From assembly GCA_964629715.1 (NCBI GenBank), contig CAZVQY010000003.1:1-35676 (forward strand): a stretch of 35,676 nucleotides of DNA, written 5' to 3'. Shown here piece by piece: positions 34,701 through 35,676 of the stretch; the first letter of the stretch is position 1; each line of letters starts with the position of its first letter. The position numbers were made by a program, and so were the translations under genes. This DNA is from an uncultured Candidatus Saccharibacteria bacterium (GTDB lineage Bacteria; Patescibacteriota; Dojkabacteria; SC72). The notes beneath the pieces were generated by a model. That model had not been told where the DNA came from and ran no database searches. It was given only the letters and a program-made list of their open reading frames with translations.

Positions 34701-35615
34701 CAGAAGATTGATATCACTCAAGGGCTTCCTAGAATTGAAGAGCTTTTTGAAGCAAGAACTCCTAAAGCGGAGGCTTCAATGGCATCAATTGATGGGAGAG
34801 TTCACATTGATATTGCAGAGGATGAATCTGCAGTAATTGTCATTACTGGTACAAAGAAGATGTCTAGGCATTACATTGTATCTAAAGCAAAGAAAATTCT
34901 TGTAGAAAATGGACAAGAAGTAAAGATGGGGCAGATAATGTATATCGATGCTGATGAGGTAGAAAGACAGGCACCATTTGATGGAAAGGTAGAATTAGAT
35001 GGAGGAATCCTCACGGTAGATGGACAGATGAAGGCTGAGGAGACAATCTCTGTTTTGCCAGGTATCGAAATATTTGTAAACGATGGGAGTGAAGTAAAAG
35101 CGGGTACACAATTGACAGAAGGTTCTCTTGATCCGAAGAAACTGTCTGAGGTTGCAGATGTTATAACAGCGCAGAAATATATCTTAGATGGAGTACAGAA
35201 AGTGTTTAATGAGCAGGGTGTTCCTATAGACGATCTTCATGTTGAGATTATACTAAGACAGATGATTAGACTTGGTAAAGTAATTGATTCTGGGGATTCT
35301 TCATACCTAATTGGTTCTCTCGTCAACAGATTCATGGGGAATGCTAAGAACGAACTTTTGGTAAAGGAAGGAAAGAACAAGGCCTTGATAGTTCCAAAGT
35401 TGTATGGAATAAAGACATCATCTTTAAATACCGAAAGCTTCCTGTCTGCTATGTCATTCCAAGAGCAGGTCAGAGTCCTAACAAATGCTGCTATCTTAGG
35501 CAAAGAGGACTACCTAAGAGGTATGAAAGAGAATGTTATAATTGGAAGGACTATTCCAGTAGGAGACGCTGCAGAGGTCAAAAATATGAATGACCTAGAA
35601 GAGCTTCAACTTTAA
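31734..35615 (+). CDS. rpoC: DNA-directed RNA polymerase subunit beta'
   Basis: 1293 aa. Zn-finger [48 protein letters not shown], catalytic [12 protein letters not shown], and the trigger loop/bridge helix region ([44 protein letters not shown]). Confidence 0.97.
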   Translation: [1293 protein letters not shown]

Positions 35616-35627
35616 TTGATTTTGTTA

Positions 35628-35633
35628 TATAAT
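35628..35633 (+). promoter_or_regulatory. -10 hexamer TATAAT 7 nt upstream of the rpsL ATG
   Basis: ttgttaTATAATacgcactATG lies inside the 25-nt rpoC-rpsL spacer. No SD. Confidence 0.45.
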
Positions 35634-35640
35634 ACGCACT

Positions 35641-35676
35641 ATGCCAACAATAAACCAGTTAGTAAGAAAACCTAGA
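35641..35676 (+). CDS. rpsL: 30S ribosomal protein S12, first 12 codons (3'-truncated by the window edge)
   Basis: ATG CCA ACA ATA AAC CAG TTA GTA AGA AAA CCT AGA translates to MPTINQLVRKPR, the highly conserved S12 N-terminus. It sits in the canonical position after rpoC. Confidence 0.85.
   Translation, partial: MPTINQLVRKPR

Noticed and set aside
34191-34721. 176-aa ORF antisense within rpoC
   Set aside because: It is a shadow ORF opposite the most conserved part of beta' (bridge helix/trigger loop region), with no independent signals.
1-35676. Alternative genetic code (UGA recoded, as in some candidate phyla)
   Set aside because: rpoB, rpoC, valS, ftsK and the others are intact under the standard code with no in-frame TGA. 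TGA also serves as a stop: the methyltransferase ends at TGA 22136-22138 (minus strand) in an ATGA overlap.
1-35676. CRISPR arrays, IS elements or transposases, integrases, toxin-antitoxin pairs, rRNA genes
   Set aside because: Reading both strands, I found no spaced direct-repeat arrays, no terminal inverted repeats flanking an ORF, and no DDE, tyrosine- or serine-recombinase motifs. This was a manual inspection, not an exhaustive computational repeat search.

Overview
AT-rich, very compact bacterial window with about 25 protein genes and one tRNA. Gene gaps are often 0-40 nt and several genes overlap. The standard genetic code applies: rpoB and rpoC read through with no in-frame TGA, and TGA is used as a stop. 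Most of the content is core housekeeping. The minus block 4170-8963 holds tRNA-Arg(TCT), a 567-aa membrane protein, an ftsA-like gene and RNase J. The plus block 9242-14520 holds valS, metG and a PilN-like/PilO-like/small-TM trio. rpoD (minus) faces a small Zn-ribbon ORF. The long minus block 15997-28038 holds an SDR-like::DUF4012 fusion, a PEGA protein, an MraY/WecA-family (PNPT) protein, a small membrane protein, rsmA, a SAM methyltransferase with a Zn-ribbon tail, dnaG, a rodZ-like gene and ftsK. It ends with rpoB-rpoC and the first 12 codons of rpsL. The minimal aaRS sizes, DUF4012/PEGA envelope genes and tight packing suggest a streamlined, possibly CPR/Patescibacteria-like organism; this is inference only. 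No CRISPR array, transposase, rRNA or obvious prophage was seen. Points worth a second look: (1) a recurrent TGnTATAAT-N6-ATG arrangement implying leaderless mRNAs for the first gene of many transcription units, including a 24-nt divergent rpoD/Zn-ribbon spacer with overlapping -10 boxes; (2) a G+C-enriched, helix-rich 240-nt spacer between RNase J and valS that may be an ncRNA; (3) a PNPT-family protein in which the DGxDGL and GDxGS aspartates are substituted; (4) a cytoplasmic SDR-like domain fused to extracytoplasmic DUF4012 within an envelope gene cluster; (5) an unannotatable secreted/membrane-protein operon abutting the 3' end of tRNA-Arg; (6) a 343-nt spacer upstream of rpoB with a candidate 54-aa ORF. 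All functional calls rest on motifs read by eye. No database search was run.
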